From positions 96,001-160,000 of the forward strand of contig DASCPX010000137.1 of NCBI GenBank assembly GCA_036012755.1: a stretch of 64,000 nt of DNA. Reading direction: 5' to 3'. The position numbers were made by a program, and so were the translations under genes. The stretch comes from Myxococcota bacterium. GTDB lineage: Bacteria > Myxococcota_A > UBA796 > CAJQPC01. The notes beneath the pieces were generated by a model. The model had not been told where the DNA came from. It made no database searches and saw only the letters and a list, made by a program, of their open reading frames with translations. The stretch's first letter is position 1; every line of letters starts with the position of its first letter. Positions 19,608 to 29,110 of this stretch are shown one piece after another.

Positions 19608-21853
19608 CGACCCCCGCGCACCTCCTGGGCCTGAACCCACCTCAGCGCCTGGCGGTGGAGACCATCGACGGCCCGCTGCTGATCCTCGCGGGCGCGGGCT
19701 CCGGCAAGACCCGCGTCCTCACTCGGCGGGTCGCCCACATGCTGCACGTGGGCATCGCTCCGTGGAACATCCTGGCGGTGACCTTCACCAACAAGGCCGC
19801 CGGCGAGATGAAGAAGCGCGTGGCCGAGATGGTGGGGCCGGACGCCGACAAGCTCAGGGTCTCCACCTTCCACTCCGCCTGCGTCCGCATCCTGCGCATC
19901 GAAGCTCACCGGCTCGACTACCCCAGGAACTTCGCGATCTACGACGACGACGATCAGAAGCGACTGCTCAAGACCATCCTGCAGGACAACAACGTCGACA
20001 CGAAGCGCTTCACGCCCAACGCCGTTCGCAGCCAGATCGACCGGGCCAAGAACAAGATGCTCGGGCCCGCCGACCTGGAGGACGCCCACCGCCTCGTCGT
20101 CGAGGCCTTCGTCGAGTACGAGCGCCGGCTGAAGGCCGCCGGTGCGGTCGACTTCAACGACATCATCAACAAGGTCGTGGAGCTCTTCCACGGGGACGAA
20201 GAGGCGCTGTCGAAGTGGCGGAATCGCTACCGCTACCTGATGGTGGACGAGTACCAGGACACGAACCGGAGCCAGTACCTGCTCATCAAGGCGCTGGCGG
20301 GATCGATCGGGAACCTGGCGGTCGTCGGTGATGACGATCAGTCCATCTACAGCTTCCGCGGCGCCGACATCCGCAACATCCTCGACTTCGAGCGGGACTT
20401 CCCTGGGGCCGTGGTGGTGAAGCTCGAGCAGAACTACCGCTCCAGCGGGCGCATCCTGCAGGCGGCCACCGCTGTGGTGAAGCGGAACACTGGTCGGAAG
20501 GAGAAGGTGCTCTGGACCGAGGCGGAGGCTGGCGCGCCGCTGAGGGTGATCGTCGCTCGGGACGAGGAGGACGAGGCCCGGCGTGTCGCCGCGCGCATCC
20601 AGCAGGGCCTCCGGGGGGGCCGCAGCCCGGACGACTTCGCCGTCATCTACCGCACCAACGCGCGCAGCCGGCCCTTCGAGCAGGCCTTCAGGCGCATGGA
20701 CATCCCCCATGTCCTCGTGGGTGCGCGCAAGTTCTACGCTCGACGAGAGGTCCGGGACCTGCTCGCCTACCTCAAGCTCGTCGTCAACCCCGGCGACACC
20801 ATGGCCTTCTCGCGCGTGATCAACGTGCCGAGACGGGGACTCGGCCCCAAGGCGATCGGCCGCATCCGGGAGCAAGCGGAGCGAGCAGACACCTCGCTCC
20901 TCGAAGCCAGTCGCTTCCTCGGGTCTGGCCGCGGAAAGCAGGCTGCTGCCATGAAGGCCTTCGCCGGGCTGATCGACGACTTTCGCCAGGCGGCGGAGGA
21001 GCTCACCCCCGGGGAGCTGGTCCAGCGCGTCGCTGAAGACACCGGCTACCGGGCCGGGCTCGAGGCCGACAACACCGAGCAGTCCATCGGGCGGCTGGAG
21101 AACATCGACGCCCTCGCCGTCGATCTCTCCACGGAGGAGTTCAGCCTGGCCGAGGAGCTCGGGGGCGGCCCCATGAACATCCTGAGCGCCTTCCTCGACC
21201 GGGCATCCCTGGCGGGTCAGGACGAGGAGATCCCCGACGGAGGGCGGGTCACGTTGATGACCGCCCACCTGGCGAAGGGCCTCGAGTTCCCGGTGGTCTT
21301 CGTGGCGGGGCTCGTGGAGGGCTCCTTCCCGCTGACAAGGGAGCAGACGGAGGAGCGCCTGGAGGAAGAGCGTAGGCTCACCTACGTGGCCTTCACCCGC
21401 GCCGAGCAGGAGCTGATCCTGACGCGCTCGATGATGCGCATCGTCTACGGCACCGGACCGCAGCGCTGCTCGCCCTCACGCTTCCTGGACGACATCCCGG
21501 CGACGCTGATCGAAGGCCGGCATGTCCGTCGCAGCATGCCGAGGCCGAGCGTCGATCTCGTAGAGGCTCGACAGCGCATCGAGAGGTTCACCAGCCGGCA
21601 CGAAAAAGCGCGAAAAGAGACGACGGATGGTGCAGAGACGACCTCGCCCCCGACCGAGCGGCGGACCATGCTCCCCGAGAGCGCGGCGGACCTTCGCGTC
21701 GGAATCCGGGTCCTTCATCCGGAGTTTGGAGAGGGAGTCATCCGCAGCGCATCCGGATCTCACTCGAACCCTCGCCTCACCATCGAATTCGCCGGGCGGC
21801 GCACGCGAACCCTGTTCGCCGGCTTCGCCAACCTGGAGATCGTCGTTCAATGA
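19604..21853 (+). CDS. pcrA: ATP-dependent DNA helicase PcrA/UvrD
   Basis: AGAGSGKTR, TFTNKAA, VDEYQDTN, GDDDQSIYSFRGA, LEQNYRS, AKGLEF, EEERRL; C-terminal Tudor-like HPEFGEG. Confidence 0.93.
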   Translation: MTTPAHLLGLNPPQRLAVETIDGPLLILAGAGSGKTRVLTRRVAHMLHVGIAPWNILAVTFTNKAAGEMKKRVAEMVGPDADKLRVSTFHSACVRILRIEAHRLDYPRNFAIYDDDDQKRLLKTILQDNNVDTKRFTPNAVRSQIDRAKNKMLGPADLEDAHRLVVEAFVEYERRLKAAGAVDFNDIINKVVELFHGDEEALSKWRNRYRYLMVDEYQDTNRSQYLLIKALAGSIGNLAVVGDDDQSIYSFRGADIRNILDFERDFPGAVVVKLEQNYRSSGRILQAATAVVKRNTGRKEKVLWTEAEAGAPLRVIVARDEEDEARRVAARIQQGLRGGRSPDDFAVIYRTNARSRPFEQAFRRMDIPHVLVGARKFYARREVRDLLAYLKLVVNPGDTMAFSRVINVPRRGLGPKAIGRIREQAERADTSLLEASRFLGSGRGKQAAAMKAFAGLIDDFRQAAEELTPGELVQRVAEDTGYRAGLEADNTEQSIGRLENIDALAVDLSTEEFSLAEELGGGPMNILSAFLDRASLAGQDEEIPDGGRVTLMTAHLAKGLEFPVVFVAGLVEGSFPLTREQTEERLEEERRLTYVAFTRAEQELILTRSMMRIVYGTGPQRCSPSRFLDDIPATLIEGRHVRRSMPRPSVDLVEARQRIERFTSRHEKARKETTDGAETTSPPTERRTMLPESAADLRVGIRVLHPEFGEGVIRSASGSHSNPRLTIEFAGRRTRTLFAGFANLEIVVQ

Positions 21854-21956
21854 CCCGCTCCATGGCGAGACCCATGCTCCCGCGCTGTTGTGCCCCGGTA
21901 GGGGCCGGTGGTAGCGTGCGATGGCGTCTTCTTGCGGGACTGGAACCAGGCACCCC

Positions 21957-23396
21957 ATGATCGTCACATGTCCACAGTGTTCTGCTCGGTACAAGCTGGA
22001 CCCGAGCAAGATCTCCGCCCGCGGGGCGAAGATCACCTGTCCGCGCTGCCGACACGTCTTCATGGCGTACCCGGAGCTGGATGACGACGGTTCGGCCACG
22101 GGCATCACGACGCTCTCCCGCGCACGCCGTCGGGCCGAGACCACCGACAATCCTGCGTCTCCTCCTCCCAACGCCGGCACGCGGCGAAGCAGCGCGGAGA
22201 ACCTGGACTTCCGCATAGTTGGCATTCCCTCTTGGAAGGTGAAGGTCAAGATCGGCCTCGTCTACGACTTCTCGGACATCAAGACGCTCCGGAAGTACAT
22301 CCAGGACGGTCGGGTCACACCAGAAGACGTGATCTCCCACGACGCCAAGAGCTGGGTCACCATCGGGGACATCCCAGACCTCGACGCCTACTTCGTCGAG
22401 ATCTACGAGCGAGCCGAGCGCGCGATCGCCGAGGGCGGCTCCGGCTTCGATGACGAGCAGCCCACCAACGTCGTCGGCATGGGCAGCCTGGGCTCCGATC
22501 TCGCCGCACAAGCTCTCTCCGAGGCGACTCGAGAGGCCGAGGTCTCCGAGGACGGCCCTGCCGAGAACGAGTACGGCCCGCAGTTCGTCGATCCGTTCGC
22601 CGCGCTGAAGGACAAGCAGCGCGAGAAGATCCAGCAGCGTCGCAAGCGCTCTGGCACCGGCCCCCTTCCCCAGAAGGACTCTTCGGACCAGAAGCGCCTG
22701 CTGATGGCCGCCGTGGTGCTGATGGCGCTGGGTGCTGGCGGGTATTGGTACGTCACGTCCAACGGGGACCCCGCGCCCACGCCGACGGACCGGACCACCC
22801 AGGCCACCAAGGACGGCAAGACCGAGTTGGAGATCCAGGCGGCCAAGGCGGCCAAGGCTCAACTCGAGCAGCAGATGCAGGAAGCCGAGGATGTCGAGCT
22901 CGGCGGCATTGGTGGTGACGACGAGCTGTTCGTGGTCGTGCCCGAGCACGTCCGCAACGGCCAGAAAGGTACACCGATCGGCAACGGGGGGCGCAGCGTC
23001 GATGCCGACCCGTCACCTGGGGCGGTCGCGGTGTCGGACGACATCAACTCCACCCAGGACTGCCAGGACTTCACCCGCAGAGGTGAGTGGGGGCAGGCGA
23101 AGCTGGCCTGCACGCTCGCGCTGGCCGATTCGCCTGGCAACCCCGCCGTGATGGTCAACTACGGCGTCTCGCTCTACGAGATGAACGAGCTCAACCCCGC
23201 GAGCAACCAGCTGGGCGGGGCGGCGAACGCGGGCTCGAACGACCCGCGCATCGAGAAGTACCTGGGGCACATCGCTCGGGAACAGGGCGACGTGCTGGGG
23301 GCCTCCGCCCACTACCAGAACTACCTGGCGGCGAATCCGAACGCGCCCGACAAGGCGAAGATCGAGGCTCTCCTGAGTCAGCTCCAGGGGACCTGA
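21957..23396 (+). CDS. MJ0042-type zinc-ribbon + GYF-like + transmembrane + TPR protein
   Basis: MIVTCPQCSARY...CPRC; GYF-like WKVK...SWVTIGDIPDL; TM LLMAAVVLMALGAGGYWY; C-terminal TPR. Confidence 0.8.
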   Translation: MIVTCPQCSARYKLDPSKISARGAKITCPRCRHVFMAYPELDDDGSATGITTLSRARRRAETTDNPASPPPNAGTRRSSAENLDFRIVGIPSWKVKVKIGLVYDFSDIKTLRKYIQDGRVTPEDVISHDAKSWVTIGDIPDLDAYFVEIYERAERAIAEGGSGFDDEQPTNVVGMGSLGSDLAAQALSEATREAEVSEDGPAENEYGPQFVDPFAALKDKQREKIQQRRKRSGTGPLPQKDSSDQKRLLMAAVVLMALGAGGYWYVTSNGDPAPTPTDRTTQATKDGKTELEIQAAKAAKAQLEQQMQEAEDVELGGIGGDDELFVVVPEHVRNGQKGTPIGNGGRSVDADPSPGAVAVSDDINSTQDCQDFTRRGEWGQAKLACTLALADSPGNPAVMVNYGVSLYEMNELNPASNQLGGAANAGSNDPRIEKYLGHIAREQGDVLGASAHYQNYLAANPNAPDKAKIEALLSQLQGT

Positions 23397-23455
23397 GGAA
23401 ACTCGGCGCCCGAGGGCGCGGTACACTCGATCGTCGAGTCGGGAAACACGTCTAC

Positions 23456-25405
23456 GTGCGCATTCGCTGTCCGCAGTGCTCTACCGCGTTCGAGCTCAAC
23501 CCACCCCTGGGCCGCTCGGGCAAGCCGCGGCGGATCAAGTTCCGCTGTTCGGCGTGCGGCACACCGCTGAGCGACGAGCACGAGGACGTCGTCCATGACG
23601 CCGGGGAGGAGGAGCCGGGTTCCAGTGACCCGAGCTGGACGCCCGGTGCCGTCGAGCACGGCGGGGATCCCAGCTCCAGGGTCTCCGAGCCGAGCTACCA
23701 CAGCGAGAACAGCGAGAGCTTCGTCTCGGACGCGAGCTACGTGTCCGAGCCGAGCTCCGCGCGCCCCGTGCCCACGCTTCAGGGTGGAGGGATCGGTGGC
23801 TCGTCCCTGCCCTTTGATCCTGCCGGCGCCTACTCCTCCAACCCGGTCGGTCAGGCGCTCGAAGACTTCGACGGCGGCGAGGGGCTCGAAGGCTTCACCG
23901 CCGCGGAAGGGGAGCAGCACCCGGCGCTCGACAACCCCGAGGGGACGCTGCTCAAGCAGGAGGGCAAGGTCTACCACGTGCGCAACCTCGCCACGATCCA
24001 GCGCTGGATCGTCGAACGCCGTGTCCTGCGCGAGGATCTGATCTCTACCGGGGGGATGCGCTGGGAGCCGGTCGGCAACCACCCGGACCTCGAGATCTTC
24101 TTCCAGATGGTCGAACGGCTCGACGAGCTGGAGCTGGCGGCTCGCATGCCGCCTTCGGACGACTACGATCCGCGGCCGCCAGTCTCCGACGGGACCCCCC
24201 TGGGCAACAGCCTGGTCGGCGAGCACGAAGCTGATCCGGTGAGCGGGGGCTCCTGGGAATTCGAGCCTGAGCCAGGCGCCGGCTTGCTCCAAGAGGTCGA
24301 GGAGAGCCAGCCGGGCGAGTCCTGGGACGACGACGAGTCCGACGCCAACCCGGACGCAGAGGCCTACCGTTCCCGGCCCAACTACGCCTACGAAGACAGC
24401 GAGCCCAGCGACTACCTCGCTGGGGACGAGGACATTCCAGGCTTCGACAGCGCGCTGGAGCCTGGCGCGCAGACCTGGGACGAGCCTGCCGACAACGACC
24501 AGGCGGTCGTCTTCGTCTCGAACAAGAAAGCCAGCGAGACCGCCAGCCCGACGCTGGCCCCCGCCGAGGAGGTCCTGTCCACCGAAGAGGTCGCCGTCGA
24601 CCCCGAGCCACCGGCCCAGGTGGACGTCGCGTCCCAAGAGGAGCAGATGCCTGCCGAGGACTCGGAGTCCGACGGCGCGGACAGAGCCTTCTTCGGCAGC
24701 CAGTTCTCCGCCTACGCCAAGCCCACAGAGGAGCTTCCACGCCCCACGGACGCGGACGAGGAGCTCGCCTGGAACGAGGACAAGTCCGCCCGCCAGACGC
24801 GGAGGCTGATGACCGCGGCGGTGGTGCTGTTGTTCATGGTCCTCGTCGGCGTCTGGCTGGTCACGGCGGAGCCGCCACAGCCGGCTGCCGAGGACGACCC
24901 TGTCACGGATGAGGCGGTCACCGAGGACGAGCCCATCGCCGAGGACGAGCCCATCGCCGAGGACGAGCCCATCGCCGATCCAGTCATCGAGGACGACGAG
25001 CCGGAGGTGATCCCGGTCGAACGCGACCCGGTCGAACGCGACCCGGTCGAGCGCGACCCGGTCGAACGCGACCCGGTCGAGCCTGACGAGCCCTTCGTTC
25101 CTCCTGTGCCGGTGACCGGGCGCACGACGCCCAGCCGCAGCGCAGCCCAGTGGGTCGACGAGGGCTGGAAGCGGCTGGAGACACGTGATCTGCGTGGTTC
25201 GCGGCAGGCCTTCGTGGAGGCCCTGTCCCAGGAGCCGCGCAATGCGGACGCGCACTACGGGCTGGGTTATGCGGCCCAGACCCAGGGAGACCATCCCTTC
25301 GCCATCAAGCACTACTGCATGGCCCTCGACAACGCTGGCGGTCGCCAGGAGATCCTCCGGGATGTGCCCGCGCTGCTGAAGTCGATCAACGGCACGTGCG
25401 ACTAG
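23456..25405 (+). CDS. Second zinc-ribbon + GYF-like + acidic linker + transmembrane + TPR protein
   Basis: GTG start, (M)RIRCPQC...CSAC; QRWIVERRV...WEPVGNHPDL; TM AAVVLLFMVLVGVWLV; TPR AHYGLGY. Confidence 0.78.
   Translation: MRIRCPQCSTAFELNPPLGRSGKPRRIKFRCSACGTPLSDEHEDVVHDAGEEEPGSSDPSWTPGAVEHGGDPSSRVSEPSYHSENSESFVSDASYVSEPSSARPVPTLQGGGIGGSSLPFDPAGAYSSNPVGQALEDFDGGEGLEGFTAAEGEQHPALDNPEGTLLKQEGKVYHVRNLATIQRWIVERRVLREDLISTGGMRWEPVGNHPDLEIFFQMVERLDELELAARMPPSDDYDPRPPVSDGTPLGNSLVGEHEADPVSGGSWEFEPEPGAGLLQEVEESQPGESWDDDESDANPDAEAYRSRPNYAYEDSEPSDYLAGDEDIPGFDSALEPGAQTWDEPADNDQAVVFVSNKKASETASPTLAPAEEVLSTEEVAVDPEPPAQVDVASQEEQMPAEDSESDGADRAFFGSQFSAYAKPTEELPRPTDADEELAWNEDKSARQTRRLMTAAVVLLFMVLVGVWLVTAEPPQPAAEDDPVTDEAVTEDEPIAEDEPIAEDEPIADPVIEDDEPEVIPVERDPVERDPVERDPVERDPVEPDEPFVPPVPVTGRTTPSRSAAQWVDEGWKRLETRDLRGSRQAFVEALSQEPRNADAHYGLGYAAQTQGDHPFAIKHYCMALDNAGGRQEILRDVPALLKSINGTCD
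24923..24976 (+). repeat. 3 x 18-bp perfect tandem repeat GAGGACGAGCCCATCGCC (encodes EDEPIA)
   Basis: Read directly from the sequence; in frame. Confidence 0.9.
25012..25080 (+). repeat. About 4.6 x 15-bp tandem repeat CCCGGTCGA(A/G)CGCGA (encodes PVERD)
   Basis: Read directly from the sequence; in frame. Confidence 0.9.
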
Positions 25406-25421
25406 CACCGGAGAGCTCAGA

Positions 25422-25766
25422 ATGTCCGACAAGTACGACCAGGAAGAGGACTACTTCGCCCGAATCGACCGCGAGAAGAAGGCGGCCCTGAAGGCGAAGC
25501 TCGATGCAGAGGCCGGTGACAAGGCCCTGGCCGAGCGCAAGGCACTTCACTACCTCAAGTGCGGCAAGTGCGGGGGCGACATGGCGCCGAAGCTCTTCAA
25601 GGGTGTCACGATCGACCTTTGCGGCGAGTGCGGCAGCGTGCTGCTCGACCCCGGTGAGCTCGAAGAGCTCGCGGGAGAAGAGGGACACGTGCTCAGCAAC
25701 ATCGCGGAGCTGTTCGGCTTCACGCGCCAGGGCACGGACGAGGTCGACAGGTCCGGAGCGGACTGA
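25422..25766 (+). CDS. zf-TFIIB-like zinc-finger protein
   Basis: EEDYFAR...CGKCGGDM...IDLCGECGSVLLDPGELE. Confidence 0.8.
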   Translation: MSDKYDQEEDYFARIDREKKAALKAKLDAEAGDKALAERKALHYLKCGKCGGDMAPKLFKGVTIDLCGECGSVLLDPGELEELAGEEGHVLSNIAELFGFTRQGTDEVDRSGAD

Positions 25767-25772
25767 ACCGGC

Positions 25773-27602
25773 TCAGTAGAGGTTCACGTCGTCCGTGGCG
25801 GAGAGGACCTCTTCGTAGGTCGTGACGCCGCGACCCAGCTTCTTGATGCCGTAGTCGCGCAGCGTCAGCATGCCGTCGTTCAGCGCTTCCTTCTTGACGT
25901 CCTGTGCTGGCGCGCCTTGCTGGATGAGGCGCTGGATCCGGGGGGTGATCTGCATCACCTCGTAGAGCCCCGTGCGGCCCTTGTACCCGGTGCCGCGGCA
26001 GCGGATGCAGCCGTCGCCGGACTTCACCATCAGCTTCCGGTTCTCTGTTCCGAGGATGCCGAGCGAGAGCGCCTGCTCCTCGCTGATCCAGTCCGGGGCC
26101 GTGCAGTGCGGACAGATCTTGCGCACGAGACGCTGGGCGATCACGCCGACGAGCACGCTCGAGAGCAGGTAGGGGTAGACGCCCAGATCCAGCATGCGCG
26201 TGATCGCCGCCGAGGTGTCGCTGGTGTGGAGCGTCGAGATCACGAGGTGGCCCGTCAGCGCGGCCTGGACCGCGTACTGAGCGGTCTCGGGATCCCTGAT
26301 CTCACCGATCATCAGGATGTCCGGGTCCTGCCGCAGCACGTGCCTGATTGCGTTGCCGTAGTCGAAGCCGATGGCCTTCTGGATGGCCATCTGGTTGAAC
26401 GCCTCGTGGACCATCTCGATGGGATCCTCGAGGGTGCAGATGTTCAGCCGAGGGTTCGCCACCGCGTGTAGCGTCGAGTAGAGCGTCGTGGTCTTGCCGC
26501 TTCCCGTTGGCCCTGTCACGAGGATGAGACCGGTCGAGGCGTGGATGAAGCTCTGGTAGGCGAGGAGCTCTTTTCGGAAGAAGCCGAGGTTCTCCAGGTT
26601 CTGCAGCAGCACGCCCGGGTCGAAGACGCGGACGACGACCTTCTCTCCGAAGGCGGTCGGAACCGTGCTGACCCGCAGCTCGATCTCCTGGTGCTGGTAG
26701 CTCGTCTTGAAGCGCCCGTCCTGAGGCCGTCGACGCTCGGCGATGTCCATGCGGGCGAGCATCTTCACCCGGCTGACCATCGCGGGTTGGACGACCTTGG
26801 GCAGCTTGTGGATCGTGTGGAGGACGCCGTCGATGCGCAGGCGCACGTTGGCCTCGTCGCGCTTGGGCTCGATGTGGATGTCGCTGGCGCGGTGCTCGAA
26901 GGCGTAGTTCAGGATGTACCAGACCGCCTGGACGACCGGCTGGTCGGTGGCGTCGAGCTCATGGATCGACTGGAGCTTGTAGAGCTGCTCGAGGTTGCCG
27001 ATGTCAGGCAGGTCCGAGGCGAACTCTCGTGCCGCAGCCTTCATCGAGCGGCGGAAGCCGTGGAACTCGGCGATGGCCTGGAGGATGGCCGACTTCATCG
27101 CCATCACGGGTCGGACCGCCTTGCCCTTGAAGCGCTCGACCTGCTCGACGACGTCCTTGTTCCAGGGGTCGGCGACTCCCACGACGAGCTCTTCGGGTGT
27201 CTCGTCGATGGCGATGATCATGTGGCGCTCGGCGAAGGGCCCGCCGAAGGCCTCTGTGACCAGCTTGTAGTCGAGCTGCAGGGCGTCTACCTCTCGGTAC
27301 TCGAGGTCGAGCTCCTCTGCGACGATCATCGTGACCGCTCGCTCCGACACGTAGGGCTCGCCTTCTGGAAGGTCGGCCTCGAAGGACGGGAAGCGGAAGC
27401 TGGCGATGAGCTCGATCTCGCTCACCGTGTAGGAGACGCGCTGCTTGCCGAGCAGGCGGCGCATCTCCGCCCGCTTGTCGAGCATGATGTGGCGTTCCTG
27501 CTCACGGCCCCGATTCAGCACGTCGGTTCGCTGGCCGCGGTGGATCAGCTTCCTCAGGACCAACAGATCCAGGATCCATGCCAGGCGGCTGGGGTTCGTC
27601 AC
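25773..27602 (-). CDS. GspE/PulE/PilB-family secretion or pilus assembly ATPase
   Basis: ASDIHIEP, RRPQDGR, GPTGSGKTTTLY, LEDPIE, LRQDPDILMIGEIRD, TGHLVISTLH, tetra-Cys motif. GTG start at 27602; the longer ORF-track extension is antisense to the next gene. Confidence 0.93.
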   Translation of the reverse strand: MTNPSRLAWILDLLVLRKLIHRGQRTDVLNRGREQERHIMLDKRAEMRRLLGKQRVSYTVSEIELIASFRFPSFEADLPEGEPYVSERAVTMIVAEELDLEYREVDALQLDYKLVTEAFGGPFAERHMIIAIDETPEELVVGVADPWNKDVVEQVERFKGKAVRPVMAMKSAILQAIAEFHGFRRSMKAAAREFASDLPDIGNLEQLYKLQSIHELDATDQPVVQAVWYILNYAFEHRASDIHIEPKRDEANVRLRIDGVLHTIHKLPKVVQPAMVSRVKMLARMDIAERRRPQDGRFKTSYQHQEIELRVSTVPTAFGEKVVVRVFDPGVLLQNLENLGFFRKELLAYQSFIHASTGLILVTGPTGSGKTTTLYSTLHAVANPRLNICTLEDPIEMVHEAFNQMAIQKAIGFDYGNAIRHVLRQDPDILMIGEIRDPETAQYAVQAALTGHLVISTLHTSDTSAAITRMLDLGVYPYLLSSVLVGVIAQRLVRKICPHCTAPDWISEEQALSLGILGTENRKLMVKSGDGCIRCRGTGYKGRTGLYEVMQITPRIQRLIQQGAPAQDVKKEALNDGMLTLRDYGIKKLGRGVTTYEEVLSATDDVNLY

Positions 27603-27626
27603 GGCGCGAGGATACCTCCCTGGGCG

Positions 27627-28850
27627 ATGGTGCTTCTTCTCCTGGCATGTAGCGAAGTGGTCGAGGACGTCGCGACGGGCGACGGCTTCGCCAAGGACAC
27701 GGACATCCGCATGGTGTCGCCAGCGGCTGGCGCGTCCGTCTCCCAGGACTTCATCGTGACCTTCGAAGCCGGAGCGGCTCTGCGTCGGGTCCAGGTCGAA
27801 CTCGACGGAGAGCCCGCCGGTGCGATGTCCGATCCGACCGGCCGGCTCGATGTCAGCGCGGAGCCGGGTCGGCGCCTGTTGAGCCTGGTGGGCTACGACC
27901 GTCAGGGTGCGGAGCTCTCCCGCGACGAGCGCGAGGTGCGCGTGCTGTCCGACGAGGAAGAGGCATCGGGCTGGGTGGCCATCACCACGCCGAGTGACGG
28001 CGCACACCCGGTGAACCCGGTGACCTTCGTCGCCGACGGATCGGGTGGTGTCGCCACGATCGAGTTCCTCGCCGACGACTGGAGCCTTGGAACCACGGCT
28101 CCCGGCGAGGTGCTGACCTACAGCTTCAGCGGCACTGGCTTCGAGCGGGTCATCGTGGCGCGAGGGCTGGACGCGGATGGCGCGGAGCTCGGCGAAGACA
28201 CGATCACCATCACGGTCGAGGACGGCGGCGAGGCAGGACCCACCGACTTCAACGAGCTCCTCGTCGACATGGTCGGGTCCTACCCGATGGACGGGACCTA
28301 CGAGTTCTACTGGCCCAGCGGTGGCGGCTGGTCCGGGGGCACCCAGGACCTCTGGTACCAAGGCGAGCAGATCGGGAGCGATGGAGGCTACTCGGCCTGC
28401 TACTGCTCGGGCATCACCTGGGAGTGGTACATCCGCTCCTTCCAGGAGTGGGCCGCGTACAACGGGGCCGATCCGGAGGATCTCAACGGCGTCGACGAGG
28501 CCGACATCTGGTCGATGCGGCTCGACTGGTACGTGCGGGAGCTCTACGGCCCCGGACCCTCGGTAGCGATGGAGACCTATGGTCTCGGGGTAGAGGTGCC
28601 GAGCTTCGACGACTGGGAACCCGGCGACATCGTGCAGTTCTGGCGGACCAGCGGGAGCGGGCACACGGCTGTCTTCATGGGCTGGATCGAGGACGACGAC
28701 GGCAACCGCGTCGGCATGGAGTACGCCAGCTGCCAAGGCAGCACCGACGGTCTCGGTATCAACGACGAGTACTTCGGCTCACACGCTGGCGCGCTCGACC
28801 CGGCCTTCATGTACGCGGCGCGGGGCTACCTGCCCGGGCTCTGGTACTGA
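27627..28850 (+). CDS. Lipoprotein with two Ig-like domains and a C-terminal NlpC/P60-like (Cys-His) hydrolase domain
   Basis: MVLLLLAC leader; CYCSGITWE and PGDIVQFWRTSGSGHTAVF. Confidence 0.7.
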   Translation: MVLLLLACSEVVEDVATGDGFAKDTDIRMVSPAAGASVSQDFIVTFEAGAALRRVQVELDGEPAGAMSDPTGRLDVSAEPGRRLLSLVGYDRQGAELSRDEREVRVLSDEEEASGWVAITTPSDGAHPVNPVTFVADGSGGVATIEFLADDWSLGTTAPGEVLTYSFSGTGFERVIVARGLDADGAELGEDTITITVEDGGEAGPTDFNELLVDMVGSYPMDGTYEFYWPSGGGWSGGTQDLWYQGEQIGSDGGYSACYCSGITWEWYIRSFQEWAAYNGADPEDLNGVDEADIWSMRLDWYVRELYGPGPSVAMETYGLGVEVPSFDDWEPGDIVQFWRTSGSGHTAVFMGWIEDDDGNRVGMEYASCQGSTDGLGINDEYFGSHAGALDPAFMYAARGYLPGLWY

Positions 28851-28940
28851 CGCCGGGGTCCTGATCCGATCCGCCGCCCCCGACAGGGTGTAGGGGTGCA
28901 GGGCAGAGATTGGGTTGTAGCCGAAGGCGGCGAATCGGGG

Positions 28941-29003
28941 TCAGGGGCGTCGCTGGGGAGGCGGCGTGGCTGGTGGGCTCCAATCGAAGAAGTCCGCGGT
29001 CAT
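28941..29003 (-). CDS. Candidate 20-aa small ORF MTADFFDWSPPATPPPQRRP
   Basis: GGGAGG Shine-Dalgarno just upstream; shares an upstream motif with the neighbouring gene. Confidence 0.35.
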   Translation of the reverse strand: MTADFFDWSPPATPPPQRRP

Positions 29004-29063
29004 GTCGCCTCCCTCGGTGACATCTGGAGCTTCACATCATGATCGGGATGCCGTCAACGCGAT

Positions 29064-29105
29064 ACTGCACAAACCGTAGGTCAGATCCGCGTGTCGCGTG
29101 CAGAA
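29064..29105. promoter_or_regulatory. Operator-like inverted repeat CTGCAC-N27-GTGCAG, copy 1
   Basis: ACTGCACA...GCGTGCAGAA, repeated at 29640-29682. Confidence 0.5.
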
Positions 29106-29110
29106 CTGCT

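Noticed and set aside
24923..25080. Tandem repeats as a possible CRISPR array
   Set aside because: No spacers; unit lengths are multiples of three and lie inside a CDS.
27603..28736. 378-aa N-terminal extension of the GspE ORF as a novel fusion
   Set aside because: It is the antisense of the 27627-28850 lipoprotein gene; a GTG with a -10 box fits at 27602.
28941..28943. TGA of the 20-aa ORF as a second selenocysteine codon
   Set aside because: No redox motif context and the following hairpin lacks the G-rich apical loop; kept only as a small ORF candidate.
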